Shown here: piece after piece, positions 10,259 to 19,494 of the stretch
How positions within the stretch are numbered: the stretch's first letter is position 1
How the letters are laid out: each line of letters begins with the position of its first letter
Source of the DNA: Candidatus Poseidoniaceae archaeon
GTDB lineage: Archaea; Thermoplasmatota; Poseidoniia; Poseidoniales; Poseidoniaceae
DNA: 32,000 bases
Assembly (NCBI GenBank): GCA_943789275.1
Contig: CALSTM010000002.1
Span: 180,001 to 212,000 of the forward strand
Direction: 5' to 3'
Position numbers and translations under genes: made by a program
The notes under the pieces: generated by a model
What the model was told of the DNA's origin: nothing
Databases searched by the model: none
What the model saw: only the letters and a program-made list of their open reading frames with translations

Positions 10259-10834
10259 TCAGAATTCGATAACGACGTTTTCGCGCTCGTGGTCAAAGAT
10301 TTCGAAGAGGGAACGCCGTTCGCAACCTTTGACGTTGGCAACAAACACTGTAGGAATCATTTGAATGGCTTTGTTGAACGTAGTCACGCTGGAATTGTAA
10401 AATTCACGCCGGTCTGCAATGCTGTTTTCTAGAGCAACCAATTGGTTTTGGATGTTAAGGAACGAGGAATCAGATTTCAATTCAGGGTACTGTTCTGCGA
10501 CCATGTTTATTCGAGGAATCATGGCTGCGAAGGTCGATTCTGCTCGAGCAGCCCCCTCGACGTTACCGCTTTGAAGGGCACCTGCTGCGGCACGTCGAGC
10601 GTCGAAGAGTTTGTCGAAGAAAGCGATTTCCTGCTTTGCTATGCCTTTGGCAATGTTGACAAGGTTCGGAATCATGTCGTATCGTTGCTTGAGCAACACT
10701 GAAATTTGCGCCCAAGAATTGTCAACATTCAATTCGAGACTTACAAGCCGGTTCCAAGTTGAGAAAAACCAAATAACTCCGATAAGAAGGAAAAACCCAA
10801 CAACTCCTCCAGCAATAATGAGCGCACTAGACAT
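10259..10834 (-). CDS. LemA family protein
   Basis: N-terminal TM helix followed by WNRLVSLELNVDNSWAQISVLLKQRYDMIPNLV and REFYNSSVTTFN, typical of LemA. Confidence 0.85.
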   Translation of the reverse strand: MSSALIIAGGVVGFFLLIGVIWFFSTWNRLVSLELNVDNSWAQISVLLKQRYDMIPNLVNIAKGIAKQEIAFFDKLFDARRAAAGALQSGNVEGAARAESTFAAMIPRINMVAEQYPELKSDSSFLNIQNQLVALENSIADRREFYNSSVTTFNKAIQMIPTVFVANVKGCERRSLFEIFDHERENVVIEF

Positions 10835-10958
10835 GTTTTTGGGTTTTGGACTTTACTTATTGAACCTATTGGTGAACCCCTGCTATGAGAAAAGAGTATA
10901 GAAACAGGACCTCTACCACCGATACAGACTGAGAGCCGTTTCGGCTAAAGGAGAGGAT

Positions 10959-11771
10959 GTGATGATAGCTGAAACTCTATTCATTTCCTTGTGTATCTTT
11001 GCGGTTGCGTTTATGTTTGCTCCAATCGGAATGGGCGGGGGGATGCTCTTTGTTCCACTCTTGCACTATGGCCTGGGATGGGAGATCAATGGTGCCTTAT
11101 TCGCAGTGTCACTCACCCTCACAGCGGTGGTAAGTTGGGGCAGTGGGCTTGCCCACCGCAAACAGGAACACTTCGACAATGCAGCACTGAAAATAGGCCT
11201 ACAAGGGGCACTCCCAGGTGCCATTCTCGGCGTAGGTATCGTCGCCCTCATCGATGATAAAATGGACTTCGTGTTCAAAGTGTTGAGTTTAGTGATGATC
11301 ACTTGGGCCATCTACAAGACAGTACGCAAGATGGAGGCGGAATCGAAAGCAGTTGACGATACGGAACAACCTACTGAACCTCAACCTATTGCTCTGCAAA
11401 TCGGCGCTGGTATCGGAGGAATACTTTCGAGTGTACTCGCTATCGGTGCTGGCGTCATTTACGTCCCAATTCTACGAACATTTGGACAACTTGAACCTCG
11501 CAAAGCCATCGGGACAAGCCTTCACTTCATGATGGTCGTCGTTCCTGTCGCTATTTTCGCACACCTTCTCGCATTACCTTCAGGCATGTTCTCCAAACTC
11601 GGAGAAGAATTTTTGCTCATTCTTATCTTCATGGTACTTACTTTCCTTGGTGCCAGGAGCGGAGCGAGATACGGCATGAAGTACCTCTCCGAAAAGCAAC
11701 TTATGCAAGTTTTCCTCGCAATACTCATCGTCGTCGTCATTCGATATATCGTCGACTTAACTGGATTCTAA
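10959..11771 (+). CDS. TauE/SafE (DUF81) family anion-exporter-like membrane protein
   Basis: Eight hydrophobic segments in two halves, with GMGGGMLFVPLL and GAGVIYVPIL motifs. GTG at 10959 or ATG at 10962 is preceded by AAAGGAGAGG. Confidence 0.8.
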   Translation: MMIAETLFISLCIFAVAFMFAPIGMGGGMLFVPLLHYGLGWEINGALFAVSLTLTAVVSWGSGLAHRKQEHFDNAALKIGLQGALPGAILGVGIVALIDDKMDFVFKVLSLVMITWAIYKTVRKMEAESKAVDDTEQPTEPQPIALQIGAGIGGILSSVLAIGAGVIYVPILRTFGQLEPRKAIGTSLHFMMVVVPVAIFAHLLALPSGMFSKLGEEFLLILIFMVLTFLGARSGARYGMKYLSEKQLMQVFLAILIVVVIRYIVDLTGF

Positions 11772-13666
11772 TCTTCGGATTCGACGATGAATTCCTCGCT
11801 CGGTGCTTTGAACATCAGTTTTGAAGTATCCTCAACCGCAACTAATCCTCGCAGACTGTGTTTGTCCTGTAAATCTGCAGTTGGTTGAGCCAGTTTCACC
11901 CGCGTTTGACCGATGGAAAGCAGATGGCCCGAGGATACATTCCACTCTCCGTCTGGAAGCCAAATTCCGATCGAACCTAATTCAGTATGATGAACGACCA
12001 CCAAAGTATCTTGATTTTCATCAACCTCTGCACGAATCACTTTCAAAGTAGCATCGAGGGAAATCAACTTCGTTGATGGTTGCCAATCGTTCCAAGTGTC
12101 TTCAAACGGCAAAGTATGTTCATCTGCTCGCTTCTCAATCACTTGGATTTTTTTGGCGAATTCTTCGGCTTCAAGTTCCGTCAATTGATTTAACCCGTCA
12201 AGAAGTGTCCTCAGCCCTTCATGTTGAATAACATCATCATGTGTCATTGCGGCATTGGCCATCAGAATATGCTCAGCCAGTAGTTCCAATTGTTCTTCTG
12301 AACCCGTCTCAAGCGTACATTCCATTGCCTCATCAAGAACCTCCAGTGCCAATCCTGGTTGATCAATAGCAAGCAGAGCCTCGCCCAATTTCATCAAAAC
12401 CAGCGAGGCCTTTTTCTTATCTTCGCTTACAAGGTGATTGGCCGACAGAATGTGTTTTTGAGCAGTCCTTTCACTGCCGCAAAGATGCCTAGAAATTCCT
12501 GCACAAACCAAATACGGTAATTGGTTTGCAGAAATGGATTGTGCTTGGATTACAGCGGTTTCGAACAACCTTGCTGAACGTTCCCACTTACCCGATGCCA
12601 TGGCTAAAAGCCCCAACTGGTAAACAGCATGCATTTCAGCAAACGAGTCGTCAATCAATGTGGCCGATTGAAGTGCCCGGGAAAGATGAAGACGTGCTGT
12701 GTCACGTTTCCCAGACATTTTCGCCATCAAGCCTAACGCTGTTTCAGAACGGTACAAATATCCACTCAACGCACTGTGAGCGAGCTCAGCCGCAGTTTCA
12801 TCCAGAGGTGCCAAGTCAAGGCCAATCGATTCGAGAACTTCACTCATAAGCAACAAAGTTTCATGATATGCTTCAAGCAATTCTTCTGAGGTGTTGGTCG
12901 AAGTCAATTGTGAAATGTGAGTGTCAAGTGAAAGAATAGGTTTGCAGATTTCAGGTAAAGCACCGAGCCTCTTGGTGTATTTACCTTTGATATTCTCACC
13001 TGAAAGGGTTCTTTGAAGAGCGATTTTCAAATTCATCTCAGATGCATCGGAAGTTGGACGCTTTTGTGCTTGTGGCCTGTCTTCAATCAGTGAATCAACC
13101 ATCCATGTCAATTTGGCTTGGATATCGTATTGATGAACACGACTGATGGCGTATCGCATCTCTGCAGCACGAACTCTTCGGGAGAGGCTCTTCATACGAC
13201 CTTTGTTCTTCGAACCACTCAGTGAAGCAAGGCGTTGAATGAACGTCGACGGAGGACACGTATCGTAACCCAAGTTCGCTTTCTCTCCGGTGGTGGTCAT
13301 CTTGAAATCGTCGGTGACCAGTATGACATCCTCACCTTCACGTTTCATTTTTGAGGCCAAAACCATGAGTGAAAGATCAACATCTTGTGGTGATGCTTTT
13401 TCGCCAATCAGTTGGGCTAGACCTTTCACTTGATTTTCATCGATGGTAACGGTGGTCATCACTGGCATAAATTCGTCCAAAACTTTCGGCTTTTTCGACC
13501 ACCGTTGGAATCGAACATTTTGAATCTCTCCGTGGACGCCCGAAGTGACGAAAAGTGATTGTTTATGACCGGATATCACTTTTTTCAAATCTCGCATAAA
13601 GGTGTCCGGCGCCATCGAGCCCAAGTGAATAAAACAGTTCGAATCGATAATCCAAGTCTGCGACAT
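11768..13666 (-). CDS. PIN-like nuclease domain protein with a long TPR-like helical region and a C-terminal beta-rich domain
   Basis: The N-terminal ~150 aa carries a PIN-type acidic pattern (WIIDSNCF, GEIQNV, ILVTDDF). The middle ~300 aa looks like helical repeats. No precise family recognised. Confidence 0.55.
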   Translation of the reverse strand: MSQTWIIDSNCFIHLGSMAPDTFMRDLKKVISGHKQSLFVTSGVHGEIQNVRFQRWSKKPKVLDEFMPVMTTVTIDENQVKGLAQLIGEKASPQDVDLSLMVLASKMKREGEDVILVTDDFKMTTTGEKANLGYDTCPPSTFIQRLASLSGSKNKGRMKSLSRRVRAAEMRYAISRVHQYDIQAKLTWMVDSLIEDRPQAQKRPTSDASEMNLKIALQRTLSGENIKGKYTKRLGALPEICKPILSLDTHISQLTSTNTSEELLEAYHETLLLMSEVLESIGLDLAPLDETAAELAHSALSGYLYRSETALGLMAKMSGKRDTARLHLSRALQSATLIDDSFAEMHAVYQLGLLAMASGKWERSARLFETAVIQAQSISANQLPYLVCAGISRHLCGSERTAQKHILSANHLVSEDKKKASLVLMKLGEALLAIDQPGLALEVLDEAMECTLETGSEEQLELLAEHILMANAAMTHDDVIQHEGLRTLLDGLNQLTELEAEEFAKKIQVIEKRADEHTLPFEDTWNDWQPSTKLISLDATLKVIRAEVDENQDTLVVVHHTELGSIGIWLPDGEWNVSSGHLLSIGQTRVKLAQPTADLQDKHSLRGLVAVEDTSKLMFKAPSEEFIVESED

Positions 13667-13698
13667 AGTTTGACCAAGAGAAACAAGGTCATGAGGTT

Positions 13699-14091
13699 TC
13701 AGTTGGGATTAAGTCCGGGGAAGATACATGTGGCAGGGCGTTTGAAAACACGATGACGATTTTTGGCTACAAAGCGATAGGCAATATTGCGCAGGGGCAG
13801 GGGGACGAGCCAAAGCATTGGATACCACATCAAATAATACCATTTCATGTAGAGCAGGCAACGTATTCCTGCGGATGAACGCATGTATGGAGTTCCATTA
13901 CGAATGAGATAAACGGTATCTGCGTCCTTCATTTTCGCAGGGAAGGTCGAAATCAATTCTTGCCCCTCTTGACTTTCAATAGCCACGAAATGAATGGAAT
14001 TGGCTTGGCGTAATCTGGGGTGAAGAAAAACAGCAGTGTGGGTACACAGACCACAATCTCCGTCCATGAGAAGGATGTCTTTCTGATTCAT
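13699..14091 (-). CDS. thiol-disulfide oxidoreductase DCC (DUF393) family protein
   Basis: Signature LLMDGDCGLCTHTAVFL...FVAIESQEGQEL. The ORF track extends to 14127. ATG 14091 overlaps the upstream stop (ATGA, 14088-14091) and gives the canonical N-terminus. Confidence 0.8.
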   Translation of the reverse strand: MNQKDILLMDGDCGLCTHTAVFLHPRLRQANSIHFVAIESQEGQELISTFPAKMKDADTVYLIRNGTPYMRSSAGIRCLLYMKWYYLMWYPMLWLVPLPLRNIAYRFVAKNRHRVFKRPATCIFPGLNPN

Positions 14092-14918
14092 TGAATCACC
14101 TCGATCGGGTGGACATTCCAGGTGCAAACTTCAACTCCTGAACTCATGTGGATGTGCTCAGGAACAAGTGAGTTTTCAATACCAAGGTCATAGGAATCCA
14201 AAAGTGAATTCACTTTAACATGGGCTTCAGCGTTCTTAAATTTCCAGGGGAGGTGGTGCGTATAGGCACGGTGGATTTGACCATCATGCGAGGTGTAAAG
14301 GCTGTACCGTTCAAACAAGAAGTATTCAAGCGAATTCGGTGATGCTTGCTGAATTGCACCTGAAGCGTGAGATGTACCGACCAGGGATTCCCCTCCGTTG
14401 GTTCGAACGGAATTCCAAGAATAGGTCGCATCATCAACAACGTTCACCTTCGCTTTTGCGTGTCGATACGGGAGGCCGTAGGAGCGAGGAGCATGGAAAC
14501 AAGTAACACGGCTTTGAGCATCCAGAGTCAGGAAAAGAACACCGGGTATTCCGTTTTTCACAACATATGTACGAATATTGAACTCTCCAAAGGTAGAGAT
14601 GAAGGGAACCCAAGGAAGCATTCTTGGCCGTACTTTCTCCATTGTGAAGGGAATAACACCCACATAGGCTCGGCCTTCGAAAAGGTCTAATTCAAGTCCT
14701 TCGGGAAGATGAGGTTGGATTTTCTCGGGTTGAACCTCCCAATGCATAAAAGTCAAATGAATCCAGTTTTGATACAATGTACATTTCTTCTCAGGCATTG
14801 AAAATGGAATATGGCTGCAATCTAAAGAATGCCTCACTGCCATGATTATGGCAACAAGTGTTCGGTTTTGAACCATCCTCTTCCAGAAACAGTTAATCAG
14901 ACAGAACGGCTGATTCAA
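14088..14918 (-). CDS. DUF2071 (YqjF-like, acetoacetate-decarboxylase-like fold) family protein; start uncertain
   Basis: WIHLTFMHWEVQPEKIQPHLPEGLELDLFEGRAYVGVIPFTMEKVRP...FGEFNIRTYV matches my memory of the DUF2071 consensus. Candidate starts are 14918, 14876, 14843 and 14798. Confidence 0.78.
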   Translation of the reverse strand: MNQPFCLINCFWKRMVQNRTLVAIIMAVRHSLDCSHIPFSMPEKKCTLYQNWIHLTFMHWEVQPEKIQPHLPEGLELDLFEGRAYVGVIPFTMEKVRPRMLPWVPFISTFGEFNIRTYVVKNGIPGVLFLTLDAQSRVTCFHAPRSYGLPYRHAKAKVNVVDDATYSWNSVRTNGGESLVGTSHASGAIQQASPNSLEYFLFERYSLYTSHDGQIHRAYTHHLPWKFKNAEAHVKVNSLLDSYDLGIENSLVPEHIHMSSGVEVCTWNVHPIEVIQ

Positions 14919-15360
14919 GAGGCTCTGAATATTTCTCGTTCCAGGTCGCTAAAAGCCCCAACAAAAAGCCAAGAGGACCCATCATCATACACATGATGAG
15001 AATCGGTGTAGAGACATACATTGGGCGTCCTGCGGACAGCATTCGTAGCCAAACATAGCGTCCTGCAAAGAGGTCGAGGGCGAGCAAGTGCAACCAAGCC
15101 AAAACCACAAACTCCTCTTCTACAAACAAACCAACGACGATTTCCGGAGTTGGCATCTGTGTAGCAAAAGTCATCAAAACTTCAGCAGCGTTCGGTAGAG
15201 CCAATACCGTGTACGAAAGAAGGAGTGGGGCAACACACCAGCGCACATCACCGACAAAACGTTTGGTGAATTGATGCTCAGGCATGAACCACATCAGGAA
15301 CCAAAACGGAAAAATCAGTACCGAAGATATCCAAAACATCGCTATTGCAACTGAATCCAT
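14893..15360 (-). CDS. ABA4-like (DUF4281) small membrane protein
   Basis: Four TM helices. The N-terminus FWISSVLIFPFWFLMWFMP and the central AWLHLLALDLFAGRYVW resemble the DUF4281 motif. Its start overlaps the exporter stop (TAATG, 15358-15362). Confidence 0.68.
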   Translation of the reverse strand: MDSVAIAMFWISSVLIFPFWFLMWFMPEHQFTKRFVGDVRWCVAPLLLSYTVLALPNAAEVLMTFATQMPTPEIVVGLFVEEEFVVLAWLHLLALDLFAGRYVWLRMLSAGRPMYVSTPILIMCMMMGPLGFLLGLLATWNEKYSEPLESAVLSD

Positions 15361-18137
15361 TATTCCGCCTCAGAGTGTTCAAGGGCAAAACGCTTTGCAT
15401 CTTGCTTCAGGAACGGCGTATAAAACGCCGGCAGGAGAATCAAACTCGACAACAAAGCTAAGGTGATTGCAACGACAAACGCTTGGCCAAAGAGCCGCAA
15501 TGGAAGTAAAGCTGAGAGATTCAATACTGAAAATCCACCAGCAGTCGTAAGCGCTGCAGCGAACATTGCCCGGCCGGTAGTAGCAGATGCATTGGTCACC
15601 CAAACCTCTTGTGAATGTGTGGGATAAAGCTCAACTTCCTCCTCAAGTCGAATGGAGAAGTGAACTGCATAGTCAACACCCAAACCGAGTGACAATGCTC
15701 CAATCGTCACCGTTTGAGCATTGATTTGGTAGCCCGTGTAGCCCATGATTCCGTAGACCCAGCCGACGACCATCATCAATGGAATCCAAGAGACAAATCC
15801 TCGAGCAAGTCCTTGCTTGATGTCCTTTTGACGGGTCGTATGGATGCCAACAAGCATTCCGAGAATTACAAACGCAACAACTGAGGTTGAAATCACTGCT
15901 GATTCGGCAACGTCCGAGGTCGTTTGCGCTACAATGAGGCTACGGCCACCAATTCGTAGTGTAGCATCACTTTCCAACGAATCCTCGGTACTCTGAGCAG
16001 CGAGGGTTAATCGATCGTATAAATCGATGGTCGCTTGCCAGTCGAGAGTTTCTGCTTGGAAGGAAAGAACGGTCTGTTGGCCATCCGAAGCGAGTACTGC
16101 GCCGGTCAACTGTCGTCCAGAAGAGTTCGTCAGAAGATAATCTGAGAGCGCCTGGTACGATGCGGTTGACGAAGCATTGAGTGAAGTCATCAGCTCATTA
16201 AGGGTCGAATCACGAACTTGAGCCTCGGATAACAGACTCCACAAACCGTTCGGAGTCCCACTGACGTCCTCGCTGTCCATCAACATCCCATGGGCAGCAT
16301 CCCAAGCCATCTTGCCTTCATGTGAAACTGCATCCACGTCAACAACCAAATAAAGCGGTGAACGGCTGCTTTGGAAATCATCAGAAAGCATGAGGAAGTC
16401 CGCCACAACTGGAATGTCTTGATCAAACTGGTCCCGTTGGTCAAAACCAACTTCCAATTGCTGGAAACCGAAATACATCGGAGTCAGTAAGAGTAGGGCA
16501 ATAACTCCAACTTTCACGGGCTGAGTCGACAATCTTCCCAAAGCCAAAGACACCCGACCAATGGAAAGGTTACTGGCCTTCGAGAGTGAAAGTTTCTTTG
16601 AAGGGAAAATAAGCATAAGTGCCGGTAATGCTGTGATGCTCAAGAGATAAACTGCGAATAAACCAATTGCGATGACGGTACCAAACACTTGCAAGAAGGA
16701 AAGTGCAGAAAATCGGAACGAAAGGAATCCAACCATATCTGTGAAAATGGCAATAACAAGGGCAATCGAAGTCAATACGGTCCCTCGACGGACAGCAATC
16801 ATTCGAGCCTCATGCGAAAAGTCAGCCAGCGTTTCTCTTTCTATAGAGTCTTTGGAGTCAAGGTTTTGCATTTCTTCTCGAATGCGGAGTACCACGTGAA
16901 GGCCGTAATCAACACCAATGGCCAACAACAGCACAGGAATCGAATTCATCGCTGCGTTGAACACCATGTTGACTCCCATGTACTGCAACCAACCAGCGAT
17001 TCCGTAGGTAGCAGCAATCGAAATAATCGTCAAGAACGTGACGTAAGCAGTGTCTCTGACGCTTCTAAAATTAAGCCAAAGTATACCAGCTAAAAGCAGC
17101 AAAGCAGCGCTGGTTAGCATTCCAATTTCCTTGCCAAGACTGCCGTTTGCACCCAGCGCGAATTGTGCGAAAGAAAAGGTACGAAGTTCTTCGTTTCCAG
17201 TCGAAGCGGTCATGTTGTCAAGCATTGTTTGAGACCACTCTCCAATGTCAGATTGAACATCATCCAAAACAGTGTGACCGTAATCTGCAGGTTCAGTACT
17301 GATCACAAGGGTAGTGAGGACTGGGCCACTCATGTTCCATGGGTCATCTCGTTCAGCCACAGGCATGCAACTCAGGATTGCTGCTCTGTAGTCGATGTCC
17401 TGGAGAAAGGAGAGGGGGACAAGTTGACCGTTGAGAGGGCCAGTCACGGCCATGATTTGACCCGATTCTGCAGCAGTTCGTCCCCCTGTGAGGCCGTTCA
17501 TCTGACCGATGAGAGTACCGATTTCTTCGGAGAGGTTGTTGCCTTCATCCATTCGCGGCAGCCAATCAGCAGGATTGCCAGGAGACCATGCTCGCATTTG
17601 GTCGGGAGTTATTTCGCCAACTTGAGGCATGGATTGAGATGCTGCTGTAAGGTTTGTAAGTGCGTCCTGCAACTGAGAACTGTTGGCTGTTTGAACACCG
17701 TTGAGCGCCTCTTGGAAACGAAGAATCCACTCATCATTCTCTGTATCTTGCCAGAGTTGCCATTGGAGAGCATAACCCGCCATACCACTGTTCGCTTGTG
17801 TACCAAACAACGGATAATGAAGAGGTTTGAAATCTTCGTTCTCCAACATCAAGGCTTCTATTTCAGCCAGTTCAAGCCATGTTGAGTTCAACAGCAAGTC
17901 GCCTTCTTCTACATCACGTATTGTCCGGACAAAGTCAACTGAGGCTTGATATTCGGATTCAAGTTGATTGAGCAAGTCTACATTTTCGTCATCAGGGAAA
18001 AAACCGTCTTCACTGTTGTCGAATTGAAGATGCATTGCTCCAGTTGAAAAAACCAAAACAATCAACATGACGATTGCAAAGGCTTTCTTTGGAGACTGAA
18101 CACTGGCATGGCTCATCCAACTAAACGGATTCATCAT
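15360..18137 (-). CDS. RND-superfamily / MMPL-type exporter (COG1033-like, 12 TM with two large extracytoplasmic domains)
   Basis: 925 aa with duplicated 6-TM bundles. Each bundle ends in GVDYGLHVVLRIREE or GVDYAVHFSIRLEEE. It also has an N-terminal signal-anchor. Confidence 0.85.
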   Translation of the reverse strand: MMNPFSWMSHASVQSPKKAFAIVMLIVLVFSTGAMHLQFDNSEDGFFPDDENVDLLNQLESEYQASVDFVRTIRDVEEGDLLLNSTWLELAEIEALMLENEDFKPLHYPLFGTQANSGMAGYALQWQLWQDTENDEWILRFQEALNGVQTANSSQLQDALTNLTAASQSMPQVGEITPDQMRAWSPGNPADWLPRMDEGNNLSEEIGTLIGQMNGLTGGRTAAESGQIMAVTGPLNGQLVPLSFLQDIDYRAAILSCMPVAERDDPWNMSGPVLTTLVISTEPADYGHTVLDDVQSDIGEWSQTMLDNMTASTGNEELRTFSFAQFALGANGSLGKEIGMLTSAALLLLAGILWLNFRSVRDTAYVTFLTIISIAATYGIAGWLQYMGVNMVFNAAMNSIPVLLLAIGVDYGLHVVLRIREEMQNLDSKDSIERETLADFSHEARMIAVRRGTVLTSIALVIAIFTDMVGFLSFRFSALSFLQVFGTVIAIGLFAVYLLSITALPALMLIFPSKKLSLSKASNLSIGRVSLALGRLSTQPVKVGVIALLLLTPMYFGFQQLEVGFDQRDQFDQDIPVVADFLMLSDDFQSSRSPLYLVVDVDAVSHEGKMAWDAAHGMLMDSEDVSGTPNGLWSLLSEAQVRDSTLNELMTSLNASSTASYQALSDYLLTNSSGRQLTGAVLASDGQQTVLSFQAETLDWQATIDLYDRLTLAAQSTEDSLESDATLRIGGRSLIVAQTTSDVAESAVISTSVVAFVILGMLVGIHTTRQKDIKQGLARGFVSWIPLMMVVGWVYGIMGYTGYQINAQTVTIGALSLGLGVDYAVHFSIRLEEEVELYPTHSQEVWVTNASATTGRAMFAAALTTAGGFSVLNLSALLPLRLFGQAFVVAITLALLSSLILLPAFYTPFLKQDAKRFALEHSEAE

Positions 18138-18158
18138 GTTCTATGCTTCAAAGTCCGG

Positions 18159-18168
18159 CTTATATATT
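18159..18168 (-). promoter_or_regulatory. TATA box (AATATATAAG on minus strand) about 27 nt upstream of the exporter ATG, implying a leaderless or near-leaderless mRNA
   Basis: Read directly from the 76-nt thiolase-exporter spacer. Its centre is about 27 nt from the A of ATG at 18137, and no SD motif lies between them. Confidence 0.5.
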
Positions 18169-18213
18169 CGTGTTTCAACTGAGTTCAAACAGAGATGTTT
18201 TGAGACTTCAGCC

Positions 18214-19434
18214 TCACATTGATTCAATGACCATAGCGATACCTTGACCGCCACCAATACAAGCCGTTGCAACACCGTATCGGCCACCGCAACGTTTCAA
18301 TTCATGAGCAAGAGTAAGCACCAATCGTGTTCCGGTTGCGGCAAGAGGGTGGCCAAGGCCAACAGCACCACCGTTCACATTGACTTTCTCGACATCCAAT
18401 TCCAAATCCTTGATACATGCCACCGCTTGTCCAGCAAAGGCTTCGTTGATTTCCCATCGATCGATGTCTGATGTGTTCAAGCCTGCTTTTTCAAGCGCCT
18501 TTCGCGATGACGGTACCGGTCCGTAAGCCATGATGGCAGGTTCAAGACCAACAATACCCCAAGAAACAATCCTTGCGAGAGGTGCATCGCCGTCCGCCTT
18601 AGCTTGTGAAGCGGATTTAATGACCACCGCAGCAGCACCGTCGACAACTCCTGAAGCATTTCCGGCTGTGACAAAGGACTCAGGTCCAAAAGCGGTTGGA
18701 AGTTGAGAAAGGGACTCAGCGGTCGTATTTTTCACAACGTGGTCCTCGTCCTTGTGGGTAACCACTGTTTCACTGCGGCGGCTCTTGACCGTCACTGGAA
18801 CAATCTCCTGCTCAAAAACATCGTTTTCGATTGAGGCGGTAGTGCGGGCATGTGAAAGTGCCGCAAATTCATCAATCTCTTCTCGAGTAACTCCTTTTCG
18901 CTTGCATAATTCATCCGATGTTTGGGCCATGAATAAGCCACAGGTCATGTCTTGGAGGTTGGTCATCATGTAATCCTCAACCTTCGGTGAACGCCCGAGT
19001 TTCCATCCTTCTCGGCCCCCACGCATGACGTGAGGCGCTTGACTGAGATTTTCCATTCCACCCGACACGACCGTTGAGGCTTCTCCAAGCATGATCATTT
19101 GAGCGCCTGAAACAATGGACTGTACACCTGAACCGCAAATTCGAGACAGCGTTAGCATGGGGACTTCTTGAGGAACTCCACCTTGAAGACCTGCGTGACG
19201 AGCACCGTATATCGATTGTGCACATGTCTGTAGAGCGTACCCCATGACAACATGATCGACCTTTGATGGGTCGGTACCGGTCTTCTCCAACGCTGCTTTG
19301 ATAGCGAGTCCGCCAAGGTTTTGTGCGCTCAACGATTTGAGAAGTCCACCTTGCTTGCCATCGCCGCGCTTTCCGCCAACCCATTCACAAAACGGTGTTC
19401 TTGCTCCGCCAATAATTACGACGTCTTCGGTCAT
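18214..19434 (-). CDS. acetyl-CoA C-acetyltransferase (thiolase II, bacterial-type)
   Basis: Catalytic-region motifs SRICGSGVQS, NEAFAGQ, GGAVGLGHPLAATG and ACIGGGQGIAM. Confidence 0.95.
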   Translation of the reverse strand: MTEDVVIIGGARTPFCEWVGGKRGDGKQGGLLKSLSAQNLGGLAIKAALEKTGTDPSKVDHVVMGYALQTCAQSIYGARHAGLQGGVPQEVPMLTLSRICGSGVQSIVSGAQMIMLGEASTVVSGGMENLSQAPHVMRGGREGWKLGRSPKVEDYMMTNLQDMTCGLFMAQTSDELCKRKGVTREEIDEFAALSHARTTASIENDVFEQEIVPVTVKSRRSETVVTHKDEDHVVKNTTAESLSQLPTAFGPESFVTAGNASGVVDGAAAVVIKSASQAKADGDAPLARIVSWGIVGLEPAIMAYGPVPSSRKALEKAGLNTSDIDRWEINEAFAGQAVACIKDLELDVEKVNVNGGAVGLGHPLAATGTRLVLTLAHELKRCGGRYGVATACIGGGQGIAMVIESM

Positions 19435-19457
19435 GATGCGTCCAGTGGAATGCGGGT

Positions 19458-19465
19458 GATAATAC
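19458..19465 (-). promoter_or_regulatory. TATA-like element (GTATTATC on minus strand) about 27 nt upstream of the thiolase ATG
   Basis: Read directly from the sequence. It is embedded in a short inverted repeat (GGGTG...CACCC). No SD motif precedes ATG 19434. Confidence 0.4.
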
Positions 19466-19494
19466 CACCCATGCGTGTTGATGACGGTTCGTGT

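Noticed and set aside
16672-17885. Plus-strand ORFs of 75-240 aa antisense to the RND exporter gene
   Set aside because: They are nested antisense to a well-supported 925-aa membrane-protein gene. Their Cys/Ser/Arg-rich translations carry no motifs.
19441-19475. Short inverted repeat (GGGTG-ATAATAC-CACCC) and three ATGCG copies upstream of the thiolase gene as an operator site
   Set aside because: The stem is only 5 bp and the repeats are 5-mers, both within chance expectation. The A/T core is more simply read as the TATA box.
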